A stretch of DNA of 59,743 nucleotides from a virus (lineage: Duplodnaviria; Caudoviricetes). Below, piece after piece: positions 10,000 to 20,100 of the stretch. The stretch lies in IMG/VR virus record IMGVR_UViG_3300015263_000360, positions 1 through 59,743 of that record. One strand, 5' to 3'. The notes below the pieces were generated by a model. The model saw only the letters and a program-made list of their open reading frames with translations. It was not told the DNA's origin and made no database searches. The translations under genes were made by a program, and so were the position numbers. Numbering within the stretch: position 1 is the stretch's first letter; each line of letters begins with the position of its first letter.

Positions 10000-10737
10000 A
10001 TGTCCGATCTAAATACGATGGTCAAGCAGCTAATGACCGAGCTGCACTTCGACAATAACACTACAGGAACTCAGGCAGAAACCGATGCTAAAGTTGCTAT
10101 CATTGATTCGATCAATTTTACAAAGCGACAGAAAGCATGGTTCAACGAGCGTAGACATACTATCTACTCCTCTGACGGAGTATTCGGATACCCTTTACCA
10201 AACGATTTCATGGGTCTGGTTGGTAATGTGTATTATACTGCCTCTGATAACGACCCTCTTACGAGAGTGGTCCTTCGATATAGATCTCCTGAATGGTGTG
10301 AGGAACATAAGTCTCGCGGTGAGGAATGGGACACCTCTGTAAACTCAGGTAACCCTGATTTCTATAGCATTGATGCGGGTGCCAATGAGATGTTACTGGT
10401 GCCTATCCCGTATCAAGATGGCGACAAGATTGAGTTTAAGTATGTGGTGGATGATGGAGTGCCCACATATAAGGTAGTCAGTACAACGTGGACTTTCTAC
10501 CTACCTAATTCTTCGGAGACACTACCAGCCACATTTACTAATGTGTGGTTCACATCTGCGTACCGGATGATCTTTGCAAGAGCGGCCTACTATCTTCTCA
10601 CTGGCGCCTATGGAGGCACTGAGGCTGCAATGGTTAAGGGCACTGAGTACATCAAGCAGTGGGCAGAAGAGCTTAACAAGCTAAGAGCAGAAACTAAAAG
10701 CAAGGCAAGCCCCAGAGGCGTGCGGAGACACATTTAA
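10000..10737 (+). CDS. Putative head-tail adaptor (tail tubular A-like)
   Basis: Position after capsid operon; YPLPNDF and G.PDFY...LLVPIP motifs. Confidence 0.65.
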   Translation: MSDLNTMVKQLMTELHFDNNTTGTQAETDAKVAIIDSINFTKRQKAWFNERRHTIYSSDGVFGYPLPNDFMGLVGNVYYTASDNDPLTRVVLRYRSPEWCEEHKSRGEEWDTSVNSGNPDFYSIDAGANEMLLVPIPYQDGDKIEFKYVVDDGVPTYKVVSTTWTFYLPNSSETLPATFTNVWFTSAYRMIFARAAYYLLTGAYGGTEAAMVKGTEYIKQWAEELNKLRAETKSKASPRGVRRHI

Positions 10738-12446
10738 TGGCGGAAGGTAGAGTCACTATTCCCTTTGGGAAATGGAAGCCAGATTTTGGTCCCACACCGG
10801 GTCAACATCTTTGGCTGGCTTTCCAGGTTTCCCCAAGCATTACAGGATATGAGCAGTTTCGGCAGATCACATTTTCTGATATTGGGAATAGTACAGAGAC
10901 ATTAAGAGGCGTGGGTGTTTATCGCGGGATTAATCCACGTAATTACATTGCCACTGACACAAAGATTTACGACTATGTTCCGACCACTTTAACGGATAGA
11001 AGCAGAGGAGTGCCGTACAACACAGCCACTGCAGGTGACGGCTTCTTTTTCGCTGAGTTTGGGCCTTACGTGTTTGCCACGAATGGAATTGACAATATTC
11101 AGATCTCAAGCCCTGGACTGGCTGCACCTGTGTATGCTTTTGCTGACATCACTCCAGCCGCCGCTGGTGCCAATCCTGCTGCAAAATACATTATTGCACA
11201 CAAGGGACATGTCATCATTGCGAATATTGATCTTCGAGCTGGGGCTTACGGAGCGATTGCAGCCGACTATCACCCTGACCTAGTGTGGTGGTCTGCCACA
11301 GATAACGGTGTGGCTTTTGGTTCGCCAGCAGATTCTCCGGCCTTGCTCGGCACTGACTACAAGTTCTTGTATGATGGCGATGGTCCAATTACTGGAATGG
11401 TTGCAGCGGCAGATGCATTCTTTGTGTTCAAAGAGCGTGCCGTGTACAGAGTGGATGGACCTCCATTCCAATTCAGTAAGATTAGTTTTGGCTTAGGCAC
11501 GGTGTACCCAAGAAGTATCGTTACCAGAGGGACAAATATCTATTTTATGTCATCTTCTGGGCCTGCAGTGATTGATGCAGTTTCCTCGCAAATGCGGCTG
11601 CTATCCACTGACGGTGGACACCGACACATTGTAGATTCGCTCTTACCAAGAAAAGGTTCGTCTTTGGGCCTAATCCCACAAGGCTTTGGCAACACTTCCC
11701 CTATTCAAAACACTAACGTTGCACTTGACGATTCACTTAATACACCTTTCACTGTAACAGCATTTGCAGATCAAGCACACGACAGGGTCATCTTCACGGC
11801 TTCCAGCTCTCTAACTTTGGTTGAGAACTCTGGCAAACTCTGTTGGATCTATGATGAGAGTTCTGATTCTCTTTCTGTGGCCGGTCTGTATAGTTCCAAC
11901 GGAATTCCTACAATTGTGGGAACAACGGGGAGCATCATGCTAGTTCCGCTTGCTGCATACAGCAAGTATCGCGCACCGTGGCAGGACATGGGCGTGATTT
12001 GTATTAAGGTGGTGGGAGGAGCGGGTGATATCTATCTTGGATTACAGGGAGATGACAACCCCATCAATTCAAATGGACTTGTACAATTCAGATTACCGTT
12101 CACACCATTCACGGATCGTCCAGGTGTCAAGACTAGAATTTTAGCATTCAGGCCAATCTATTCACGCGATGCCCAAAGCGTGCTCCAAGCATTCACCCAT
12201 AAATACGCAATCATCTATTCTGCTGCTCCTGGGTTTGTTTGGGATAAATGTTCGTACGTTTACAATGATTCTCCCATCACGTCTTTTGATGGATGGGTAC
12301 AAACTCCAAACACCGTTTATTCATACATGCACAGTTTGGGGTTTAATTTTACTATGACTTCAGAAGTGGCTGACACCAAGGCATGGTTAGCAAACATCGT
12401 TGGTGTGGAAATTATCTATGACGCCCTAGGGTATAAGGCTGCGTAA
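10737..12446 (+). CDS. Putative tail nozzle / DNA stabilisation protein (P22 gp10-like beta-propeller)
   Basis: IPFGKWKPD start; WWSA..N, DGPITGM, FVFKERAVYR repeats. Confidence 0.7.
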   Translation: MAEGRVTIPFGKWKPDFGPTPGQHLWLAFQVSPSITGYEQFRQITFSDIGNSTETLRGVGVYRGINPRNYIATDTKIYDYVPTTLTDRSRGVPYNTATAGDGFFFAEFGPYVFATNGIDNIQISSPGLAAPVYAFADITPAAAGANPAAKYIIAHKGHVIIANIDLRAGAYGAIAADYHPDLVWWSATDNGVAFGSPADSPALLGTDYKFLYDGDGPITGMVAAADAFFVFKERAVYRVDGPPFQFSKISFGLGTVYPRSIVTRGTNIYFMSSSGPAVIDAVSSQMRLLSTDGGHRHIVDSLLPRKGSSLGLIPQGFGNTSPIQNTNVALDDSLNTPFTVTAFADQAHDRVIFTASSSLTLVENSGKLCWIYDESSDSLSVAGLYSSNGIPTIVGTTGSIMLVPLAAYSKYRAPWQDMGVICIKVVGGAGDIYLGLQGDDNPINSNGLVQFRLPFTPFTDRPGVKTRILAFRPIYSRDAQSVLQAFTHKYAIIYSAAPGFVWDKCSYVYNDSPITSFDGWVQTPNTVYSYMHSLGFNFTMTSEVADTKAWLANIVGVEIIYDALGYKAA

Positions 12447-12447
12447 C

Positions 12448-13089
12448 ATGCATGATTTCACAACCAGCGCCGAGCCCTCCAAGTCGCTTCTTCTGGCTAA
12501 CAATCTTGCCATTGAGGAAGCGTGTAACAATGCGAACTACAACATTTGGATTCCAGCCACTGACATGGCGGCAGTCACTGTGAGTGGCGCAGCTCCTACA
12601 TTCTACACGGCTGGCACTAACTACGCTATTGAACCCGCGTACTGGGAGTTTGCTGCCGGAGGCCCCACTCACCGCGTGGCTTGGTATGTTAGAAGACCAC
12701 CAGCGTGGAAAAACGGGATGGTCTATGTGAAGCTGCATATTGGTAGTGATGTAAACGATGGGAATCCATGGGTAATGGGAGCCTCAGCAAACCTGATTGA
12801 AGACAGCGTGGCTCCGGGAACTGGATTTACAGCCGTGGGTCGCCCATCGCCCACTTTAGCGAATTCAATTACCACGGTTACCACTCTTGATGTCACTGTA
12901 TTTACAAATTTGATACCAAATATGACCACTCGCTACATCGGAGAAGTTTATCGTGTGGATAGAAGAAGTTCAAATGTTGCCGACACACATGCTGGAGATC
13001 TTAGATTATACGGCGCTGAAATGATCTACTTTGAGAAGATAAAGCAGACAGGTGAGAAGCATACACCAGAAGTGAGACAGGAGGCATAA
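12448..13089 (+). CDS. Putative tail protein
   Basis: 213-aa beta-rich ORF in tail module. Confidence 0.55.
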   Translation: MHDFTTSAEPSKSLLLANNLAIEEACNNANYNIWIPATDMAAVTVSGAAPTFYTAGTNYAIEPAYWEFAAGGPTHRVAWYVRRPPAWKNGMVYVKLHIGSDVNDGNPWVMGASANLIEDSVAPGTGFTAVGRPSPTLANSITTVTTLDVTVFTNLIPNMTTRYIGEVYRVDRRSSNVADTHAGDLRLYGAEMIYFEKIKQTGEKHTPEVRQEA

Positions 13090-13090
13090 C

Positions 13091-14254
13091 ATGGGCTGGG
13101 CTGATAGCATTGACTGGGGTAAATGGCTCACTGCTGCCGCTGGTGCCCTTATTCAGGGCAAGGCCGCTAAAGAGGCGGCAAAGGCGAACAAGAAAGAGCA
13201 CGATTACAAGAATGACGAGTTAGCTCGTAGAGCGGCTTTTGAGCAACAAAACATCAGTAGAATACAAAACTCTCCATTTGCAATTCTGTCTAACGCCATG
13301 CTGGACAAAGCGCTGCACGTGTACGGCCAACAGAGCAAGGGACAAGGTGGTTTTGATCTTCCTATTGACGCGCTAAGAGCCATGATGGGATTTGACGATG
13401 GCGATTATCGTCCTGGCACTTACTCGCAGGGATGGGGGAATGTGGATAGCGTGCGTGGTCCTCAAGGTGAGGGGATGCGCCCTGCCACGATGGGAGTGCA
13501 AGCAGACTTTGGCGGTCCAGGCGGGCAGAGATTCCAGCCCACCACTCACGACTCCTTTGGCGGTCCAGGTGAAGGATTCCGTAAGTTTATGGACGGTGAT
13601 GAACAGGCTTATCGCTCCTTTGCTAACGCCACTGGCCCTGCTGGTTATGGTGCTGGCACGGGACGACTGCGACAGATGTGGGACAATAGCCAGACTGCTC
13701 GCGCTGATGCTATCATGGATGACGAGATAAGATTCCAGAGTGGCCTCTTTGTTGGTGGTAACGGTCAGCCCATTTTTGGACCCAGAGAGTTCCGACCAGG
13801 TGCTGGTGGCGATGCTGGCGGTCCTGGTGGGCCTCCTGAGGGGCACTCGCCAGGCAGACTGGCCCAGGCCAGAGATCTTCTTGTTCAAAAGGGTTTTGCA
13901 AACATCCCTGAATGGGCACAGAATGAAGTGTTGTGGGAAGCGGCCCTGGACGATAGACAAACTTGGTGGGGAAGGGGTCTCGGTAACGCAGCTCAAGGTG
14001 GCTTGGACGTGCTAAGGCAACTCTTTACTGGTGGACAGAATCCTGTTACCTCAGCAGTAAATTATGGATATGGCCAAGTGGACAAGAACCCATACAACGT
14101 CCTCTTGCACTACAAAGGTGGCCCAGACGATCTATGGGGCAACGCTCAAAACGCATTTGGACCGGGCGTAGAGGCCAGAAATAATTCGTATAACTTCTTC
14201 GCTAACTACATGAATGGAATTCTGGGCGGCGGTGGATTCCCCACGCTTTACTAA
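13091..14254 (+). CDS. Putative internal virion / DNA ejection protein
   Basis: Hydrophobic N-terminus WLTAAAGALIQGKAAKEAAKAN typical of pilot/ejection proteins; Gly-rich. Confidence 0.55.
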   Translation: MGWADSIDWGKWLTAAAGALIQGKAAKEAAKANKKEHDYKNDELARRAAFEQQNISRIQNSPFAILSNAMLDKALHVYGQQSKGQGGFDLPIDALRAMMGFDDGDYRPGTYSQGWGNVDSVRGPQGEGMRPATMGVQADFGGPGGQRFQPTTHDSFGGPGEGFRKFMDGDEQAYRSFANATGPAGYGAGTGRLRQMWDNSQTARADAIMDDEIRFQSGLFVGGNGQPIFGPREFRPGAGGDAGGPGGPPEGHSPGRLAQARDLLVQKGFANIPEWAQNEVLWEAALDDRQTWWGRGLGNAAQGGLDVLRQLFTGGQNPVTSAVNYGYGQVDKNPYNVLLHYKGGPDDLWGNAQNAFGPGVEARNNSYNFFANYMNGILGGGGFPTLY

Positions 14255-14265
14255 GGAGTTAGACC

Positions 14266-15687
14266 ATGGGCAAGAAAAAGAAAGCAGCAGCAGACTCGGG
14301 CGACTCCTACAATAAGAAGGCCGCTCGTAAGGATACAGACACCGTTGCTGGTGGAATGTTGGATTGGAACCAAGACTTCCATAACTGGGCAGGCGGTGCA
14401 ATAGACTACGCTCAAGGCAATCCATACCAGGGTTATGCTGATGCCTACATCGGGAACATGCTCGGCGGTGGCATGGGAGCAAACCCATGGATGAGCAACC
14501 TCTACAACAATGTCGGCCATGTTAACATGGACCCAGCCATGGGCATGTTAGAGGACTTCCTTGGCTATGGCAGTGGCGCTGGAGGCAAGTCGCCTGGTGG
14601 ATCAAACCCAAGACCAGGTCGCCCCACATCTAGTGGTGGAGGGAAGGGCGGCGGTGGAGGTGGATGGGTACCGGCAGGTCAGGGAGGCTTTGGAGGGGGA
14701 GGCGGTGGTGGATACCATGGCGGAGGTGGAGGGGGTAGCATTCCCGATACCTACGACGAGGGCACTAAGTTCGGCCAGCAAGCCAAGTACTTCTTTGATG
14801 AGGCCCGTTTAGATCCAGCGAACGATCCCACTCTGGCACCAATGATTGATGCCATTCAGCGTGAAGCTGAGGAGTCCTACTATAAGTCTCTGCAGAACCT
14901 ACATGCCAACATGGAGGGCGCAGGGCAGTTCGGTGGTGGCCTGTACCGTGCTATGATGGGCTCGGCCAACGAGGAGTACAACGAGGCTATCCAGGGCACG
15001 ATTGCCACGCAGTACGCGCAAGCAAGACAAGCCGCACTAGAGCACAAGCAGAACGCACTGAACATGCTTAACCAGCGCGACATTGCTGGTGGACAGATCG
15101 CTGCTCAGGAAGCCGCTGCTAGTGCAGCCGCAGCCGGCCAGGCCGACGCGATTGCGGCTCAAATGCAGATGCACAATCAAGAGATGCAGCTCCAGGGCAT
15201 TGGGATGATGCTACAAGCTGGTCAGTTTGGCCTTGGTCTGCAAGGAGACATGGCTGGATTGATGCAGCAAGGCCAGTTAGGTGCTCTCCAGGCAGGAATG
15301 GGTTATGGTCAGCTCGGCATGTCGGGGTACGACGCTGCTGCTAACTTTGGTCAGCTCGGTCTAGGAGCCCTTCAAGGCGCTGGTAACATGTACAACCAGT
15401 ACTGGAACACTGCTGCTCAAGACGATGCTGCTAGAAGAGCGGCCGCATTACAGCAGCAACAAATGGACTTCACGAAGCAGCGCTACCAGGATCAACTGCC
15501 CTGGCAACAGATGGGCAGCATGATTGATGTGATGCGCGGACTTGGTGATCTAAGTGGTAACTATCTAACGCCAAGCTACACGCCAGGTATGGCACCGTTC
15601 ACGGGAATGGATCCGACTTCCGCTATGTTGTTAGGAGGGTTCGGAGGATTCATGGGTGGAGCCAATATGGGCGGGAAGATGTTCTAA
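14266..15687 (+). CDS. Putative DNA ejection protein
   Basis: Gly/Ala/Gln-rich, G.FGG motif, hydrophobic Gly-rich C-terminus. Confidence 0.6.
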   Translation: MGKKKKAAADSGDSYNKKAARKDTDTVAGGMLDWNQDFHNWAGGAIDYAQGNPYQGYADAYIGNMLGGGMGANPWMSNLYNNVGHVNMDPAMGMLEDFLGYGSGAGGKSPGGSNPRPGRPTSSGGGKGGGGGGWVPAGQGGFGGGGGGGYHGGGGGGSIPDTYDEGTKFGQQAKYFFDEARLDPANDPTLAPMIDAIQREAEESYYKSLQNLHANMEGAGQFGGGLYRAMMGSANEEYNEAIQGTIATQYAQARQAALEHKQNALNMLNQRDIAGGQIAAQEAAASAAAAGQADAIAAQMQMHNQEMQLQGIGMMLQAGQFGLGLQGDMAGLMQQGQLGALQAGMGYGQLGMSGYDAAANFGQLGLGALQGAGNMYNQYWNTAAQDDAARRAAALQQQQMDFTKQRYQDQLPWQQMGSMIDVMRGLGDLSGNYLTPSYTPGMAPFTGMDPTSAMLLGGFGGFMGGANMGGKMF

Positions 15688-15699
15688 TAGGAGAGCACC

Positions 15700-17103
15700 A
15701 TGCCAGCATCAATAATTGGATTGCTATCTCTTCTACAGGGTCTTAACAGCGAAGACTCTAGTTCTCTCTTATTTGACGACTTCGGTCGCTATGGCATCAC
15801 TCCTACTATGACAAGTGATGCTAGATGGAGTGGTTTAGGGGATCTGGGAATGGCCATGTCTTTGGGGGCCATGTCTGGGGATTGGGGTCAGTTTGGTAGT
15901 GCCTTTGCGAAGGGACTCAACCAGGCTCCCAAGACTTACATGTCTGAGCTAGACGCTTACTCTAAGCGCAATATTGAGAATGCCAAGTTTGAACAAGAGA
16001 CTCGTAGGAATGATATCGAGTCTAAGATGAAAGAGTTCCAGTTCAAGCTCGCAGACGAGAAGTACACTAAAGATAAGAATGCAGACGCCGCCATGGCAGA
16101 GCACTACGACGCAATCATGGGTGAGATCGAAGGAGCTGTTAAAGATCTCCCTGACGCAGAGAAAAATGATGCTATCGGAGCCCTGGCAAGCCTAAAGCAC
16201 GCCATCTCGATTGGTGATGAGGAAAAAGTGGCCAAGCTGTATGGTGACTTAATGAACCTCATGCCAGAAAATAAAGCTCAAAAGCTTATTGATCTGCAGA
16301 GTATTCAAGAGGCCACATCTAAGGGCAAGACTCTTGGAGAGGCAGAAGGAGCCATGGAGGGCTACAACTCGATTCCTGCCGAACAAAGATCAGGATACAA
16401 GTGGTACAACGGTGTGCCGGTGCCGATGCTTCCTAGTGAGCTTGCAAAAGAACAGCGCGAGATCGCTGAGTCCGAAGCCCGCATTAAGCAGATTGAAGCC
16501 TACACTAACCGTGCAGAGAAGGAAGACGCAGACGTACGACGTGCCTTCACTTCACAGCAGATTCTAGCTTATAAAAACGGCATTGATGCGGCCAGGGCTG
16601 AGTGGTCCGCAGCAGATGCCACTGTAAAAATGTACGAGACTAAATTTGCAGGCAGCCCAGGAATGCTCTCAGTTCAAAATGGCTACGAACCAGCACTAAA
16701 AACTCGCGCAGAAGCTGCAGCGAAACTAGCAGGTTATGGATTTGCGAACCCATTAAACATTACAGACGATCTTGTTATGAAAAAAGTACAGGATCAGATC
16801 TCCGTGATCGAGAACCTGTTTGGTGCAAGAGGAGTTCCTGGTAGAGGAGTTCCCGGTGGAGTGGGCTTTGGTCCAACGAATGCACCTAGTGGAGGACTTT
16901 CGCCCGCCGCTGTTCAGGACGTCATTGAAAGGGCTAGACGGTATAAACCAGACATTGCCACAAAATCGCCCACGCAGCAAGTCAATTTGATTTTGCAACA
17001 GTTCCTATCATCTCCACAAGGAGAACCGTACAGAGGAGATGCTCAGAAGCAAGCTGTTCTGAGAGCATCCCTCATGGCACAGCTAGGCGTAACACCACAG
17101 TAA
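15700..17103 (+). CDS. Putative DNA ejection protein
   Basis: N-terminal LGDLGMAMSLG...FAKGLN segment followed by helical coiled regions. Confidence 0.55.
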   Translation: MPASIIGLLSLLQGLNSEDSSSLLFDDFGRYGITPTMTSDARWSGLGDLGMAMSLGAMSGDWGQFGSAFAKGLNQAPKTYMSELDAYSKRNIENAKFEQETRRNDIESKMKEFQFKLADEKYTKDKNADAAMAEHYDAIMGEIEGAVKDLPDAEKNDAIGALASLKHAISIGDEEKVAKLYGDLMNLMPENKAQKLIDLQSIQEATSKGKTLGEAEGAMEGYNSIPAEQRSGYKWYNGVPVPMLPSELAKEQREIAESEARIKQIEAYTNRAEKEDADVRRAFTSQQILAYKNGIDAARAEWSAADATVKMYETKFAGSPGMLSVQNGYEPALKTRAEAAAKLAGYGFANPLNITDDLVMKKVQDQISVIENLFGARGVPGRGVPGGVGFGPTNAPSGGLSPAAVQDVIERARRYKPDIATKSPTQQVNLILQQFLSSPQGEPYRGDAQKQAVLRASLMAQLGVTPQ

Positions 17104-17116
17104 CAAGGAAGGCTAA

Positions 17117-20100
17117 ATGCCAAACGACTTCTTAGATCCATTCAAATGGTCTACTGCTGAGTTAGAGTTTAAAGATCCGTTTACCTGGACCGACCCAGAC
17201 CCTTGGGAAGATCGAGGCATCTTTGAGCGCAACACAGACACGGGGGAGATCCGCCTAAAGGCTATTCCTGGTGCGCTCGGCGGTCTTAGCGAAGACTACT
17301 ACAAGCAGCACGAAGAAATTACCAAAGACAAGGACAGTATCCTTTCTGATCTAGACCTTACTAACTGGGGTAAAGAGGATTCTTCTAACCCAGCCTACAA
17401 CCTTGCGCTTGGCGCTGGTGTGGGCTTGTCTAGAATGGGCACCGATATCTATCATGGCGGCTCTTCTGTCTACTGGGATATGATTGGTGCTGGATGGGAC
17501 GCGATTGGCGCTGAGGATTTGGCTGATCAAGCAGAGTCCTACGCTCGTTACCATAAAGAAGTCAAACAAGAGTACCAGGATGCTTATCAAGAGCTTCGTC
17601 CCACCGTTAATCCCAAAGATGATGGTATATTAGACCAATTCATCACTGGAGAAAACGACCCATGGAAGAAGTTTAACGACTTTGCATTCTTCTTTGGAGA
17701 GAACGCTGCTCCGATGTTTGCTGCATCTGGGCTTGGATCTGTGGCTTCACTTGCCACAAGAGGGGCGTTCACTGCTGCCGAAGCTGGTGGCTTTATCACT
17801 CAGGCCCTGTACGGAGCGGACACATTTCAAGACTCTTATCTAGAAACCAGAGAACAGGGTCTAAGCGTGATCCCTGCTGCTGCGGCTGCTGGATCAGCGG
17901 CTATCATCAGCGGGAAGCTTGAGCGATATGGCTTTGAGAACATCATGCGCCCTGGTCAAGGTATCATCAGAAGCACCATCGAGGGTGCTCTTAAAGAAGG
18001 AATAACTGAAGGCACCCAGCAATTAGCCACGGGTACAATTAATGAGGTCATGCCGGTGGCAATGAATGAGGGCATCAAGGGCCTAGTGGATCCTAATCAG
18101 ATCCAATGGGGAGATTTCTTCAAAGAGGTCAGAGAGAACACCCTGGGTGGAGCCTTCATTGGTGGTCCTATCAAGGGCGGAATTACCGGGATCAACCGAC
18201 TGCTGGCCGCTGAACAAAAGAAGCCCCTGGCAGATGTGCGCTTTGACGAGCTAAGCGAGAAGCAAAAGGAGTCTCTCAACAAGGATCTAGCGGTGTTGAA
18301 GACCACCATGTACGGGCGCGGTCTTGGTCAATTAGGATACTCCGATATACACAGACCTTACGTGGAAGCATTCCTTACAAAGTGGGGCCACGTTACAGAC
18401 TTCAAGAATGGGCTAGAAGAAGCCATTCGGCAAGAAGCTGATGCGTTCATGCGGTCGAAGTCGTCCACCCTGAAGTCCCTGTCAGAAACACAGGTACAGG
18501 CTGAGACTCTTGGCAACATGGAGTTCACGGAAAACCCAGCCCCCACAGAGAAGCCTCCTATCGACGTGGACCACGAAGAAGATATCCCTGATTTCTGGGA
18601 AATCCTGCAAAGAGACGTGCCACAGCAACAGGCTCCAAATGACTGGAGAACTGTACAGAAAGATTTCCAGTCACGCTTAAACGCTGCAGAGACCATCATG
18701 GACACCTTTGGTGTGCTAGATGCAGAGACTGTGAGATCTATCGACCTTGGATTCCTCGCCTTTATTGGCGATGGCCGCTCTGGTCTACTCACGCCCGCTC
18801 AGAGAGAGAGAGCGATTAACCTCTACGAGCGCATGGCTCGGGTGGCCACGGACAAGAAAGACATTAGCACCGTGTTTAGCACTCTTGAGCTCTTGCAATC
18901 TGATGCGGACCTACTGCCACAAGCCACAGCGGACCAGCTAGCTCCGTTATTCCAGCAACTAGATCAAGTTCGTAGCATTGACACCGATATCACGGTGAAG
19001 TCGCAGGCTGTTAACGCGGCCATTGCTTCTATTAAAGATCAATTTGGTGGGAACATCACCAGCCAGGCAGAGGATCTACTTGCTGATCTGCAGGCGGATC
19101 TGATTTCTCAAGCAGATGAGATTAGAGCTAGCTCGTCAGAGGCCGATCCTATCGTCCGGAAGCTGAACGCTCTAGCTGCCAATGTAGGCTCGCTCCTGCC
19201 AAGTCGCAAGCAAGCCACACCGAGTACCACACAGGAAGAAGAGTTCCAAGCCATGGACTCCTATGCCACAGACATTCACACAGTGGCAAAGAGCGTGGGT
19301 GATGATGTAGACCTTCTTCGTAGCCTGTTTAACTCTATGGTCACCACTAGAGTTAACATGGGATCCACTCCGGAAACAGGCGTGGGGCTAAGCACACGCG
19401 AAGTGCAGACCATGTCTCGTCAGTTAATGGATGATGTAAATGTCCAGGAGCTGATGAAGCAAATCTTAACGAAGGGCGAACAGGACATCCTCACAGCTGC
19501 GGCAAATGGGATGCCAATACAGAACGCAGAGACAGCCATTGACTGGGCTGCCGTGGAAGAGCGAGTGCTCACCGCACGTGTCGGAGCTATCGACAACAAG
19601 TGGAGAAAGGCCGCTCAGCAAGCCAGTGCTCAGGGCAGAGATAGTCTATTCTTTAAGGTAATGGGTGGTAAGCCACATCAAGATTCAGCTATTAAGTCGG
19701 CCAGAGTATCTGCACAAGCTTCTTCTGATCTCATGTCGCAGATTTGGGAGAAGCGTAAGGAAGTGGATGAACTTCGTAAACTGCTTCGCAAGGCCAAGCG
19801 AATTGGCGTCACTTACGGAGACGACCAGCAAGCTGCGCTTATAGATCTGTACCAAGATAGCTATGACACAGCTTCCGAGTCGCTAGCGCATCACGAAAGA
19901 GAAGTGAGTAACCTCACCAGAGCTCGTAAGCTAGTAGAAGAAGCAGAAGCAGCGCTCTGGGACACTGCCTTTGACACAGACAAGAGTGGCGATATCGACC
20001 TGGCGGTAAAAGACAGCGACAGAAAGCTAGCTGTAGACACCTTAATCTATTCTCTTAAGCGTGAGGTGTTTGCTCACGCCTCTTCTCGAGATCTTAATGA

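Noticed and set aside
13373-13996. 207-aa antisense ORF within an ejection gene
   Set aside because: No RBS or motif; antisense shadow of a Gly-rich gene
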